A stretch of DNA of 63,982 nucleotides, filler included, from Mitosporidium daphniae (GCF_000760515.2; 12 parts of 12 records of this genome joined end to end with filler, not necessarily neighbours in it); one strand, 5' to 3'; numbered from the whole stretch's first letter, positions 50,742 to 63,800 are shown. Numbers and translations are program-made. The notes: a model not told the origin generated them from the sequence alone.

Positions 50742-53354
50742 TTACTCTTTTGAATGCTTATAATGTTTCGAGCGATGAGAGCTCTCATGCCTGCGAGAAC
50801 TGGTCGATGAAAATGTCCTCTGTGGAGAAGATTCACGTGAAGATTTAGTTCTACTGAGACTACGCGATTGGACATCAGAAGGATCTTTGCCTTCTGCTCT
50901 ACTTCGTGGGCGATATGATGATCTAGAGGATGACCCAGACGAAGGTGTAGACGATGATCTAGAGGATGACCCAGACGAAGATGTAGATGATGATCTAGAG
51001 CAAGATTTGGGGAATGATCTAGAAGAGGACCTAGAGGTCGATCTAGACGAATACCTCGATACCCGTTGCTCGTTCAAATCACTTGGCATCCTTTGTAAAG
51101 TTCCCTGGTTTTTTTTATCTTGATCATGAAGGGAGGATAAGGAGAATTGATGGTATTTTTCAACCAAATAATTTTTATCAAGAAACGGAAGCAATTCGAG
51201 CGCCTTCAGATGAGTTAACGTATTTTCGTCAATTAAAGTGGAAACTAGCAAGTACGAAAAGGCTATTTTGGCAAGCCTTTCCTTGGCATCTGATTTTTTG
51301 TGATGGAAAACCTTGTCCTTCAATTCGGAGGCATATCCGGTAAGAANAGATTGACCCAGCCATTGGCACCTTCCGGAAAACGGTGCTGTATGCGAAGAGA
51401 ACTTGAACTCTGGATACGGAACTCGACACATTTGGCAGTATTCCATTATTAGAGAAATGTATTTTTTGTCACCATTCAAGCGGGGCAGCATTGAAGGAAG
51501 CGATTTTAAAACGGCATCCGATGTTGCTGCCCCCAAAGGAGAGGTAGCTAAAGGAGCTTTATCGGGGGTTTCCGATGCCATCTTGGAAGCAGAGGGATCA
51601 GCTACAGATTTCTTGTACAAGTCCATAAAGTATTGACTATACTTGAGAAAATCATCGGCACAAAGTACATTTATTGCCGATGATGGAAAAGAAGGATCAT
51701 TTGTAGCTGTCACAAGTTGTGATGTTTTTTTTCCCCCTTCAAATTGGAACGGAGACGCTGTCAAATTTGGCTTTCGAAGAGGAGAAAAGGATGGTCCCAA
51801 AAGCTCGTCCTCAAGAAAGGTTTCAGGAGGTCTATTAAGGCTGTCTAGGTTTTTTAACATGGATTCTGACAGGGAAAAAATAGGCGGAACAGATAAAGAG
51901 CTCGTTGGCGAAACAGATAAAGAGCTCGTTGGCGCAAGAGATAAAGAATTACTTGGCGCAAGAGATAAAGGACTACTTGTGGAAACACAAGCAGAATTGC
52001 TGGCCAGCAAGTGAGGATTCTTTTGATAGTATTCAAAGGCGAGTTTTGCCGAGTGCTCCTTGGCTCTTGCATTGGTGGCGCCTTCACCGAGAAATTCCAT
52101 GTTAAGCCACCTACAAGTCACCTTAAAGCGTTCGACGCCCTGGCAGGCATAATTGTATTCTGGGCATTTTACCAGAGAATTATCTGTGCAAATCTGGTCA
52201 AGTTTCAAGGCATAATTGAATTCACTCTCAAATATAGACGACGCATCTGAATGTTCAAGGAACACCGAGTGAATTGGTACATTAGAGGACAGTGTCACCG
52301 GGTTTGATGTTTTTTGAGACGCAAAAGAGGAATCACAAACAGAGTCGGAGGGTGAGCAAAGCCCGGGTTTACATCTCAACAGCAGGCCAATCAAGGGATT
52401 GATGAAGAGCTTTAGCTCGGGGTCAAAGCAATCTTTCCTAGCAAAAGAGGATCCTATTCGATTCGCCTCAAGGGAATAAATAGCCGAAAACTGAAACGGG
52501 AAAGTGTATTGAAAGTGGGTAGCATTGACAAAACTGCCGCCAGACATAATAGATTCCATTAAAGGGACCATAAATGGCTTGACATCAGCGGGTATTGGGT
52601 TGAATATCAGCATATGAAAACAAATGACGTATAAAAAAAAGGACTTTATCAACAAAATTTCTTCTTTCGAGCCAAAGCCGTTGGTGGAAAAATAGAAGTC
52701 TACTAAAGACAATGATCGAGTAGGCGAGCAAGCGAGATTTCCCTCCAAAGCAGAGGGCGTGTGCAGACCTTTAGCCAAGTCTGAACACATGCTTTGCATC
52801 GGCATAGATGATCGGATCTTAATGGGAGGAAAAGCCGGCATTGTGAACGAAATATACTTTTGCAAAATATCCAAAAGACCGCTTTTTACAGCAGACTCTT
52901 TGTGTCTTACGAGGGATTCGACAGTGTAATCATCAAAGGCTGATTTGAGAAATTCAACCGGAGAAAGGCATTGCAGTATCGTGGATGCTGCTGATGACAC
53001 GGATTCCTGTGGGGGAGAGAAAGACAAGTTCCGGTCAAATGCAGCATTCTCCGAGCCCTGTGCATGTTCAGCGGATGGGGTTTGTTCAAAAATAGGGGCT
53101 ATAGCTGGGTGGGGCAGTTCTTCAGAGATAACGCTTGAGATTTCATTAAGCCACGAGCTAGCCAAGCTCTCATTTTGATCGTTTACTGCGTCGCTATCAC
53201 CATTTGGGTGCGAAGAAGATCCCGGTTGATCTTTACTTGCCGCTGCCGTACGGTGATATTTAAAGTTTCCAATGATGTCTACTATGTCACTGCAAATGCA
53301 TTCCATCGTTATCGAGGGGTCAATGAAGAATTTCTTATCAAGGACATAGGACAT
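50742..53354 (-). CDS. Protein with two dsRNA-binding domains and an S/R-rich tail
   Basis: dsRBM-like segments LDQIC..PEYNY..FKVTC..GEG..AKEHSAKLA and LIMEYCQ..PEF..KKSDAKERLAKIA, with SSSR repeats at the C-terminus. Confidence 0.7.
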   Translation of the reverse strand: MSYVLDKKFFIDPSITMECICSDIVDIIGNFKYHRTAAASKDQPGSSSHPNGDSDAVNDQNESLASSWLNEISSVISEELPHPAIAPIFEQTPSAEHAQGSENAAFDRNLSFSPPQESVSSAASTILQCLSPVEFLKSAFDDYTVESLVRHKESAVKSGLLDILQKYISFTMPAFPPIKIRSSMPMQSMCSDLAKGLHTPSALEGNLACSPTRSLSLVDFYFSTNGFGSKEEILLIKSFFLYVICFHMLIFNPIPADVKPFMVPLMESIMSGGSFVNATHFQYTFPFQFSAIYSLEANRIGSSFARKDCFDPELKLFINPLIGLLLRCKPGLCSPSDSVCDSSFASQKTSNPVTLSSNVPIHSVFLEHSDASSIFESEFNYALKLDQICTDNSLVKCPEYNYACQGVERFKVTCRWLNMEFLGEGATNARAKEHSAKLAFEYYQKNPHLLASNSACVSTSSPLSLAPSNSLSLAPTSSLSVSPTSSLSVPPIFSLSESMLKNLDSLNRPPETFLEDELLGPSFSPLRKPNLTASPFQFEGGKKTSQLVTATNDPSFPSSAINVLCADDFLKYSQYFMDLYKKSVADPSASKMASETPDKAPLATSPLGAATSDAVLKSLPSMLPRLNGDKKYISLIMEYCQMCRVPYPEFKFSSHTAPFSGRCQWLGQSXLTGYASELKDKVFHHKKSDAKERLAKIAFSYLLVSTLIDENTLTHLKALELLPFLDKNYLVEKYHQFSLSSLHDQDKKNQGTLQRMPSDLNEQRVSRYSSRSTSRSSSRSFPKSCSRSSSTSSSGSSSRSSSTPSSGSSSRSSYRPRSRAEGKDPSDVQSRSLSRTKSSRESSPQRTFSSTSSRRHESSHRSKHYKHSKE

Positions 53355-53404
53355 GCCCAAAAGTTTGCAAATATAAAAAGTGGTCGTCTTTGCAATTTGC
53401 CGAA

Positions 53405-54814
53405 ATGCCACACGTTAAACGGATCAAGCAAGAGGCTGCGTCCGCCGCCCCCTTTGCGAAAGCAGTATTTCCCATCGAGGTGCTAGAGGTTGTTTTCTTT
53501 TACATGTATTCCTGTAATGACTTCCAATCTATTTTAGCGATCTGCAACCGGACCCTCTTTTCATATTACATGTCTCGGCTGAATGACTCGATCGAGATAC
53601 CAGGCGATATTGGAAGAAAGATTTTTCTTGCGCCTCCTCTATTTTCCGAAGTGTGCGTGAAGAACACCATTTCGCTGGGGGTGTTTTCAGATGCCATTTT
53701 TAGCTCTTCCTCGGGCATATCCAGGCTCTCGATTTCCGGGAAACATCTTCCCACCCCGCCGCCCTTAAAGATACTGTCCGCCCTGCAGGATAAATATTTC
53801 TGGGTTAGAAACATCAAAAATTTAGAATTCTCCCACATAAAGATACCAGACCGATTAAATGTACAAGCTCTTCGATCGAATATTGGATCTGTCACGCTAT
53901 CTCATGTCTCGGGTCTGGAGGATCATCTGATTTGTTTTCTCTCTTTATTTCCCAAACTCAACCAAATATCTTTGCTGCATTCAAGCATCACGCCATCAAA
54001 TCAAATACACGCAACGGGAAAGCGCAGGTTCTCATCTCTGACACTTGTCAAGAATTCGTTTTCTCACGTCGACTTTGACAAGACACACTTTTTTAAATGG
54101 ATCGCTGGGTTCCTCGATTTATATCAGGAGCCGTGCGTGTTAGAATTAAATGGGGTTAAAATGTCACATGGAAGCTTTTTACGGCTGGTCGATTTTAAAA
54201 GGGCAAATTTTGCCGCAAACAGGCTACAGTGTGTGTCGCTTGACAACTGTACGTTCTATCCTCAAAATGAAGCCTCATCCTCTCTTTTGGCACATTTTAT
54301 CAGGGGATTGCCAGAATTGAAACGGTTTTCGATTCGCAACTTTCAGCTCGATGTGACCGGCATAAAAAGAGGGCTCCTCAATTTGGTTGAGCTGGATTTG
54401 TCGTTCAACTCTTCAATTACCAATGACGTGTTGCACGACATCGTTACCCTGTCAAGATTGANACTTAGATCGTTATCTTTGGAGGGCATTCAGTCGATAT
54501 CAACTGGCTTTCTATGCGGCCTGGTCATGATGCTCAAGCTTGAAAAGCTAAATGTGTCAAACATGGCAATCAAGCTGTCGCAATTCGTTGACGACGTGTT
54601 CCCGATTTTATTTGGATCCCTTCAAGTGATAATTGCAAAAAATTGCTACAGCCTATGTTCTTCTTCGTTTATCAAGGTTATTAAATCGGTAACTTATCAT
54701 TCGCCCCTGCGAACCATCGACTTTTCGGACGGAACTTGCTCTAACATAAGGATTGAGACCCTAGTAGAGGCCAAGACATATTTATCCAAATTTGCGTGCA
54801 AATTTTCGCACTGA
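53405..54814 (+). CDS. F-box-like / leucine-rich repeat protein
   Basis: FPIEVLEVVFFYM F-box-like start, with LxxLxL repeats (LVELDLSFN, LRSLSLEG, LEKLNVSN). Confidence 0.65.
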   Translation: MPHVKRIKQEAASAAPFAKAVFPIEVLEVVFFYMYSCNDFQSILAICNRTLFSYYMSRLNDSIEIPGDIGRKIFLAPPLFSEVCVKNTISLGVFSDAIFSSSSGISRLSISGKHLPTPPPLKILSALQDKYFWVRNIKNLEFSHIKIPDRLNVQALRSNIGSVTLSHVSGLEDHLICFLSLFPKLNQISLLHSSITPSNQIHATGKRRFSSLTLVKNSFSHVDFDKTHFFKWIAGFLDLYQEPCVLELNGVKMSHGSFLRLVDFKRANFAANRLQCVSLDNCTFYPQNEASSSLLAHFIRGLPELKRFSIRNFQLDVTGIKRGLLNLVELDLSFNSSITNDVLHDIVTLSRLXLRSLSLEGIQSISTGFLCGLVMMLKLEKLNVSNMAIKLSQFVDDVFPILFGSLQVIIAKNCYSLCSSSFIKVIKSVTYHSPLRTIDFSDGTCSNIRIETLVEAKTYLSKFACKFSH

Positions 54815-54922
54815 TTATTTAAACGAATTTTGTTTAAAAAACCTCATAAGCTATGATTTCGACCTATCACGCGCATTTAAAATTTAGCTGACCAAATCCA
54901 AGATGCAAAGACATTGCGGAGT

Positions 54923-55789
54923 ATGAAAGCCAAATACGGGCTTTGGATTATTTTCACCTCTTTGATCCTTTTTAATGTGTATGCTAAAGATCCTAGTGTG
55001 AATGATCAGGCCTCTACAGATGTCATGACAAATCCTCCAATTTCTAAAGATCCCAATCTGAATCACCCAGTTTCTAAAGATCCTAGTGTGAAGGATCCGG
55101 TTTCTAAAGATTCTAATGTGAAGGCTCCGGTTTCTAAAAATCCTAATGTGAAGAAGACGCTTTCTAAAACACTTCGTTACGCAAGTTATGCCAATCCTGT
55201 CAAAGTCGCAGAGCACGTCGGCTTTAAAGAACCTGTAGTTTCCGTTTTAAATTTAGCCGTTCCTGGATTGGGATCGGTTTTAAATATGGCAAATGATGCT
55301 TCTAAGTTCGCTATCAAGCGCCTCAATAAGGGCAGCAACTCTGATAAAGGAAAAAATTCCTCCTCAACACATGAGGATAGAGTCGGTAAAGCACCCTTGA
55401 ATCTCTCTAATAACCCACCCAACACTCTTCCAGGCCAGCAAAAAGAGGCAATTAAATTATTGGAGAATGATTCAAATAGCCAAAAAAATCAAAAAAATAT
55501 CTCATCACAGGTTACGCCTTCTAATGCAACCCAAGCTCCCGTTTCTAACTGGTCTATTCCCCCTACTCCAGCTGAGGCTACCCCTTCTACCCTAGCCCAA
55601 GCGGCTGCTTATAATTCTTCCAATCCAGCCCAAAATCTTGTTTATAACTCTTCTAACCAAGCCCAAGCTCCTGCTTATAACCCTTCTAACCAAGCCCAAG
55701 CTCCTGCTTATAACCCTTCTAACCAAGCCCAAGCTCCTGCTTATAACCCTTCTAACCAAGCCCAAGCTCCTGCTTATAACCCTTCTAAC
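54923..55789 (+). CDS. Secreted repeat protein (PVSKDPSVK and PSNQAQAPAYN repeats), continues on another contig
   Basis: Signal peptide MKAKYGLWIIFTSLILFNVYA. 30-nt and 33-nt tandem repeats run to the contig end. Confidence 0.8.
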
Positions 55790-55889
55790 NNNNNNNNNNN
55801 NNNNNNNNNNNNNNNNNNNNNNNNNNNNNNNNNTTAATTAATTAANNNNNNNNNNNNNNNNNNNNNNNNNNNNNNNNNNNNNNNNNNNN

Positions 55890-56497
55890 TGCTAAACAAG
55901 GCATCGGTTCCCAAAGAAACTTTTGGAACTCCATAGGCTTCAAACAATAGCTCGTGAGTCACTAATACATAAGCCTACAAGCATATACATTTCCGGGATG
56001 GATTGCAGGGAACTTCTGTTAACACAATGGGATGTTTTATGGGATACTCCGCGATTCCTAGTGTACAAAATAAGCCATCCAGAGTGGTTTCCTTGAAAAA
56101 GTAAAATTTGACTTACCATGACGTCAAAGTTGAGCGTAACATCGTTTTCAAAGGCAGATCTGGTCCCCACACGGGACATATTGTGCCCAACAAACGAAGA
56201 GGAGGCAGAAGAAGCTCCCAGCCCGTACAAAATCTTGGAATCTGTCTTCACATTATATTTGGTGATGTAATTTCCCACGTCCACTATTACCCAATCAATG
56301 ATATGCTAGTACCGCATGGTGAATCTTGACTGCTGTATCCTGCTCTTAGATGGAAGGAACCTATTTCATATAGATGCCAAAATACCATTATCTATTACGA
56401 TAGAAGTATCCGAGGAAATATCTGCATATTTTGGTATCGTTTGTGACTCCCCATCACTGGGAGGCCTACAAATGGCATCAGCTGAGGTTACTAACAT
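55890..56497 (-). CDS. ARP5: Actin-related protein 5 (INO80 subunit), 5' part
   Basis: Spliced motifs IVIDNGS..RAG, RSAFENDV, HPIVLTE..CNP and SELLFEAYGVP..GTDALFS. Confidence 0.75.
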
Positions 56498-56750
56498 TTC
56501 AAAATTTAAAAGAGAAAATTAATCTTGATGCTGGTTGGCGATTGTAAATTGGGATACCCATTATGAAAAGTCTTTTAATAAGGATGGAGAATGTAGCCAT
56601 CAGTGTGGCAAAAGGATGCATCTTCCTCCTTTTGTGTATTGTGATAAACGGCTGCATCAATATAACTTGTTTATAGGCAAAATACCACGGCCTTGAGTAT
56701 TTTGTTCTGAGACAAGTACAATTTATTTCTAAAATTAATTTGGCACAACT

Positions 56751-58780
56751 ATGTCAGCCCCGAAATTTTTTAATCAGCGCCAACATTTTAAATCAATTTA
56801 TCATCGAGTCATGAACCTTGGGGCAAGACAAAGCTCCATCAATAACGGGGTTTCCGGACTCATACTATGCTTCCTGATTTCTTGTATAGTCCTTTTAATT
56901 TATTGTCTTCATCTCTACATATTCAAAGAATGCTTCGAGAATTCTAAAACTTTCTGGGATAATGCACCTGCAAGACATGTCGATAAAGCAGCTAGGCCTT
57001 TCCAGAAAAGCGAGCCGCTTTCTAAAGATGATGTGATTTGGTTTTTACACGTCTCTGATATCCATATTTCCAAGCTCTCTTCAAGGTCATCGGACCATTT
57101 TTTATCCTTTGTTGACAATATCCTTCCTACGGTGAATCCATCCTTCGTTTTAGCTACTGGCGATTTGACCGACGGTAAATTCAAAGGGACAATAAAAACA
57201 GGCCAAGTTCTTGAGGAATGGAAGTTCTACTACGACACTCTGATGTCGAGAAAAATCAACTCATCAAGGTGGATAGATTTGCCTGGTAATCACGACAAGT
57301 TCGATGTTGCTGATCATCGAAAGAATTTTTATTCCTTGTTTGGTTTGCAGGCAAATTACGATCAAATATTACATACAGTTAGCACAAGGATCGGAGACAT
57401 CAATATTTTATCCCTTGACGCAAGGTATGAAGGGCATTACTTTTGAACTATAGTCCCCTGCCAGGTCTTGGCCGCCCCCTGAATTTCTTTGGGCATCTAG
57501 ATAGGCCATACATGGATCGACTAGAGAAAGCTTTAAATTCTCCCAAAATCCAAAACTCTGATCCCTTAAAAACAATTGCAATTTGCCACTATCCACTTTG
57601 TACGATGACTTTTTCGCAAAGCTCTCTGGGTACCCCATTTTCGACTTTGACAAAAAAGATTTCTTTATACCTTTCCGGTCACCTGCACAATTTAATATTT
57701 GGATTGGGAGACGATCTTACTACAATTCACAATACTGGATTTACCGAAATTGAGGTCGGCGATCTTCAAGCTCATAAGCAATTTAATTTATACTCCATGA
57801 CGAGCCGAAACACATTTTCTTGGTCTTCCCATACGATTGAAGATAAAATCCTATTGCATGTGATATCTCCCAAAAGCTCCCGCTTTGTCCTCACTGATCG
57901 TGAATCAAATTGGATTGGTAGAGATGAAAACGGCAATCTTCTCGTCGATCTGCTTTTGTTTCCCGTTCAAAATACATCAATTAGTCATTTGACAATAACA
58001 ATTGATGGCAATTCTAAAACTATACAGTCCCATGAGATAACGCTTCCTTTTTTTACATATTCTTTTGAAGGTACTCGTAATATAAATTCTGAACAGTCGC
58101 ATGCTCTTCTTGTTACGGCAGTTCTTGATGACAATTCGACAGTATCGATGGGACATTCTTTTTCATTATGCTTTGAAAATGGCTTCATATATGATACTGT
58201 TGGCTCCAAAATCATGTCATTTCCCTTTGTGTCGTTCTTTAAAGCGCTATATTGGATCAGCTATTCTCTGGTGCTGTTGTTCTTTGGAGCATTTATATAT
58301 TTCTTAATACCTCATGGCCACGGTATGAAAAAAGTATCTTGCCTCTGTGTTCTCTATATTTTTCTGGCTATTTCGCCGATCAGCCCATTGCTTATTGGAA
58401 AATTTATAACCGACATTCCATATTTGCAAATGATCTTTTTTATGGGAATGCTAAATTTGGATCCTAATGGCTTTCGATGGAGTTTCATGGCTGATTTTCC
58501 AATCTTCTATTCTGTCTATTGGAGCTCTTTTGTAGCACCGCTGGTAATGCTATTAATGCTAGAGTATTTATTTTCCGATTCTGTGATCCTGAAGCTCCTA
58601 AAGTTTGTTACGCTAGCAATTGGAGCATGTCTACTTGCACTGATTTTCTTGAACTATGGGTTTCTTTCAATTGTTGTATCTCCTGGAATCTCCTGGATCT
58701 TTTTTCTGTTATTGATATTTTCAATTAGCGGCCTTCATGTACCCAAAGTGACGGAGGCCAAGGAGATTCATAGTGAATAA
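56751..58780 (+). CDS. TMEM62-like metallophosphoesterase membrane protein
   Basis: Motifs VSDIHIS, ATGDLTD, PGNHD and YLSGHLH, with C-terminal TM segments. A 29-nt intron lies at 57425-57453. Confidence 0.85.
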
Positions 58781-58842
58781 ATTTTATCGCCCCTTGATGT
58801 GTGTTAAATTTAAAAAGTTCATTTTTTAATTGGCTTTTAAAA

Positions 58843-60260
58843 ATGGAATATGTCCTTTGGGCCATCTCTCCATCTGGCCAGTGCTTTATTTTCGATTTTT
58901 CCTCTGGGGTTATTTTGAAATCATGGAATGTTCCGGCTTTTTCTGCACCAAATAGTTGTAGTTTAAAGCCCTCTGTGATTTCTTCGGGTATTTTAGCTGA
59001 ATGGCTGATGATGTATTTTGAAAAACCCCGCATAGCCTATTTCTGTCATCACTCGTTGCTTTCTGGAAAGAAAAGACCTGGTCAAGGGGCTTTTGAAGAA
59101 TCCATTTGTAACTCAAAGGTTCTGTCGTTGGTCTCTTACCTGCAATAGGAGCCCGGTCCGTGGATAAAGATCTTTCCAGAAGAGCCTTGGAGCGCCATGT
59201 GCATGTCAAACAACCAATCTTTTGTGATATCTGGGTCTATTTCGGGAAAGCTTTCCGTTTGGAGGGTTATTAGACTTTGCTAATATTAGGTGTCTACTGG
59301 ACAGCTGTTGGCATGTATGTTTGTCCACTACCTGCCGATTGAACACATTACCATTTCAAAGGATGATAAACTATTGATTGTGGTCACCAAAAACTCCTGC
59401 ATACTTGGGTTTGATTTTCAAAAGTTTGGCTGCTTTTATAATTTTAGATTGCTAGGAACAAACAGCGACACCATGCCACTGCATTCTGCAGAGTCCTTTG
59501 AGGGGTTTTTGTTGTTCCATAAAATTCATCTATTTGCTTCCGAAAATCCCAATGTGCGAGTAACTGATGTTCACATTGGCTTTGGCCAATGGCATGACGC
59601 TGTCTTGTACGTTGCAACGTCCGATTCGTCGTGCATGGTACGTTTGTCTGTTAATTTTAGCTATTTGATTGTCTATCTGGTGATCCACTTGCCACGATAA
59701 GATATTCTTCTGCAATCAGTAAGCTTTGCATCGATGCACTGGAGACCATGGTTATTTCGGGTGCCTTTGACGGAGATATTTTTGTATACCTGCTTGAGGG
59801 CATGGAAAATTCGGCCTCTCCCTTTGCATTGAAAGGCCATGCTTGTGCAGTAAACTCCCTTTCCATCACGGGCCAGTCGCCCTTTTTGGTTTCTGGAGAT
59901 GAATCTGGATGTATTTTTGTTTGGGATCTCGTTAACAAACTTAAAATCAGGACGTTCAACTACCCGGGGACAGGGTTGTCGTTTACACAAGTGAGCATAA
60001 AATCCCCATTCCTTTTGAATCCTCCTCATGAGGGCTATCAATTTCCCTTGATCAGGCCTTTTCAACGCACACTCGCATCTGCCGAAGAAAGGCACAATGT
60101 GTCCTGTTATATTTCAAGCACCTCTACCAGGGAACGAAAGTCCTCCGCAGTGGCACCAAATCAGTGCACAGAGGACGTTAAAACCCTAGCTAACACTTAC
60201 AAGAATCTTATAGGAAATTTTTTTGATATCATTAACTCACCGGTATTTATTAACAAATAA
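58843..60260 (+). CDS. IPI3: WD40 pre-rRNA processing factor Ipi3/WDR18 (multi-intron)
   Basis: Spliced motifs SGKLSVWRVSTGQLL..HYLPI and LKGH..VNSLS..LVSGDESG..VWD, with a short C-terminal coiled coil. Confidence 0.7.
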
Positions 60261-60273
60261 ACAGCTGTATTTT

Positions 60274-60741
60274 TCAGTACAAATCTGGGATTCCCCCTTT
60301 GTTTCGATCCTGTTTTAGCTCTTTCCTCTTGGATTTTTCCTGTCTAATAGAGGCTTCGAATCTTTGCTTGTGTCTCTTCACCAATGCCTTTTGCTCAGCA
60401 GGCGTTTCGCCAGGCTCTCCCTTGGCAGCTTCCTTTAGCATTAGTAGGAACCGATTTAGAACATCCAATTTATTTCCCTCCTGCGTTCTGCATTTCTCAC
60501 TAATGATCATAAGCTCCCCGTCGTTGGTAATTCTTCCTGCTTGCTTTGGGATTAATGGGTCGGAAATACCTGGCTAATCAAGTTTTCGCGCAGCTTTTCA
60601 GGAATCCATAATGCCTCCTTGATCAAGATGCGGCCATCGACCTTCGTATTTGCTATGAGATAAATTCAACTGAGATCGATATTCCCACTTGTATTTACAT
60701 GCTGCCCGCCCGGTCCAGAACTCCGAGAAGTCCGAAAAAAA
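60274..60741 (-). CDS. ICT1/Pth4-like mitochondrial peptidyl-tRNA hydrolase (5' truncated)
   Basis: SRSSGPGGQHVNT (GGQ motif), SEKCRTQEGN and a basic C-terminal tail. Confidence 0.8.
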
Positions 60742-60841
60742 NNNNNNNNNNNNNNNNNNNNNNNNNNNNNNNNNNNNNNNNNNNNTTAATTAATTAANNN
60801 NNNNNNNNNNNNNNNNNNNNNNNNNNNNNNNNNNNNNNNNN

Positions 60842-63800
60842 TTGACAAAAGTAAACTTGTATGAATCTCCAGGTGGTGACAGAGGTACCGGAATGATAAT
60901 GTGGAAGGAATTTTCAATCGACACAAATAAAAAGGGCAAGTTTGAGGAGACGAAGAAATTTCCCTCGATCCCAGCAGGAGAGTGGATCTTGAATTTCTCA
61001 CCATTGATAAAAAGAAAATACTCGTCACTCCCTTCTTTCATGGCGTAAAAGTCTTTTATTGGGCCATTGTAACTATTGAAGAAATAAAAGGATTGAGCCT
61101 CACTTTCTAGTATGAAAATGTACGAGTCTGCTGCAAAGTTAAAAAGAACCCCACGGATTAAAAAAACATGAAGCAACGATTGCGATTCAGAAGCGAAAGA
61201 GCAGAACAGATTTATGTAAAAAGAGCAGGGAAGTGGGCTCGATACATTTCCCACAAACTTGGACGAGTTTTTCAAAACCAGAGTATTTTCGTCATAAATC
61301 ACTCCAAAGACTGATCCATGTAAATCAAAAAGGTAAATAATTTTCTGATCTGAATCAGTACTATTNGTTTTGAATCCAATGATACCATCGTCTGATCCTA
61401 CCATTTTGCTATTGAATGCAACTTTCTTGTTCATTTTTTCATCGCAAAGATTTAAGCTATAGGAAAAAAGAATGGCTATTACTTCACCATTCTTTAGTAA
61501 AAATGCATCGTTTTCATGAATCGCCAAATTCAGGTCGTTATGTTTGAAGATTGAGAATATTAACCCATCAGATAGGCGCTTATATAGAGCAAATTCAATG
61601 TTATAATCACGTTTGTCTTTGACGTCCATCATTTTCCATAAACGGTGGTTGGGGAAGGGGAGCCCCGAAAGTTCGATGCGTTCTCCATCGATCAGAAAAT
61701 TTCCGTTCACCAAATTTTGGATTCCTTTTTCTGTCTGGGCTGCACATCTTGATTTAGAGGAGAGAAATTTCCAATGGTCATAATACATTTTAAGCACATA
61801 TTCAATTTCTTCCTTGAAAAAGAACGACTTTATGAGCTCAAAATTCGATATCACCGACAAATAGACGTCATGGCTATTGGTCAGGTTAGAAAACTTTTCC
61901 TCAAGTATCAGCGTATTAAGCTTGAGAAAGGCGAAAATCGGCTGATATTGACCCACAAAAACATTCTCAAGATCACCAATGTCGAGGTCTCTTTTTTCAA
62001 TCGACATCAAGTGATTGAGAATGATCTGGTAATTTGCCAAAAGCCTTAATTTCTGAATGTCATCTTTGTCTGTCGAAATTTCTGCGAGTATTTTATCCTT
62101 CCAACACAAAAAATATTGGATAACTGGAGGTAGAGCCATCGCTGAATTGTCAATATATATCGATGGGTTTAGGATGAAAGTATAAATGATTTCCATTCCA
62201 AGTTCAGATAAGATGAAAACATGATCTTCTTGTAGATACGTCAAGAGGTAAAAAATAGACGAAAATTTGTGCCTCAAATTGATTAACTCCAAAGGCCGTT
62301 TTTCTTTCGACGATATTGATGCGATTTCTTTATGATTGCTGTAACCATCTGTTTTTAAATTAAAATGGCGCTTAGTACCAATGTAAACACCGAAATACAA
62401 AGGATGATTTGGGCGTGGAATATTTAAACCGCCATAATTACGTGTTATTTTACAAAGCATATGTAAAAGATTGTAATAATGTCGGTCAAGTAAGAAGATT
62501 TCTGGAAGCACGGTATTATTGGAATTCTCAATGCTAATAGGGTTCGAAATTACTGTCAAAATATATGCCATTCTTTTTAACTGAGCTTGATCATACTTTG
62601 GATATTCTTTGTCATCCTTTAGATATTTGTCATACTTTATACCTTCTTCGTGGTAATTAATTAGATTCAATTGAAAAAATTGTCGCATTTCAGCTGGATT
62701 CGGAGGGTCTTTGCTGTTTTTAAACAATATGGAGACTAATTTAGAGGTAATTGCGGTATCTTCAGGACGAAACTCAATAGATCCCACATATGCTGGTAAA
62801 GTTCTTTCGGGAAGATCAATTGGATTGAAATATACATAGGGTGATAGCCTTTCAAAAATCCAATCATTAATAAGCCTAAACTTGTATTGATCGTTATTCA
62901 GAGAGGCCTTTAAATGGCGAGCGTATATTTCTTTGTAGGTTTTGAAAATCTCGAATAAAATGAGAACTTTTTGGTACATAAGCAGATTATTGTCATATTT
63001 CAATAAACGCAGTGTTTTGGTAAAAAATGTGTAAAGAAAGCCCATTTTATGGACATCAAGTGAATCAAATTTGTCTACCATTGGCATGACGCGAAATATC
63101 AGCGAATCCAAATATGAAATTAAAGGAATTTCTTGGTCTATAAAGCATGGCTGATAAACGGTTTCGGTTTCCAAGAAATGAAAAATTGAGTTTGAAAATT
63201 CCCAGAACTCTTCACGACCATAAACACCATCTTGATACTCGAACTTGGGAAGGTCGCAATAAAACGTGTCGTTAGCGGATAGCTTTTCGTGAGACCCAAA
63301 CTTGAAAAAGAAATTAACATTATCACAAAAAGATGCTCTTATGGGTCTATTATCGGCTATGTTTTTAGGAACGGCGTTGAAAGTATTTTTCTTCTTGTGA
63401 ATTTGAAATCGATCATAAGCTACTTTTAGGTCTCTGAAAAACACATGCTCTTTGGTTTCAAACACGCCATTTCCAATTTCAACTAGATATCTGAACATCG
63501 TATCAACAAGATCAACATTCCACCTTAAAAAGTGAAACTTTTCTATCTCGTTCAATATATTCCGAGTGGAGCTTAATTTTTTGTAGATAAAGTTTTCGGC
63601 TCCTTTTTGGCCTTCAATCGATTGGTTCGGTTTTGATGAGGGAGAAATGGAATATTTCGTGCGATATTTTTGTGAAACAAAATCAGAAGATTCTTCAGAT
63701 ACAAAATGCTGCAGGCCGCTTAACGATGCAACTAAAAAAATTTTTTTGCATATGCTCTCAGTGAGTTTGAAGGTAAAATATGCGCGATATGAGGAAAAAG

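Noticed and set aside
50887..51123. Acidic DDLEDDPDE-repeat ORF on the plus strand
   Set aside because: Antisense shadow of the Ser/Arg repeats of the dsRBD protein.
58725..59209. Minus-strand ORFs of 99-102 aa
   Set aside because: Antisense to the first exons of the Ipi3/WDR18 gene.
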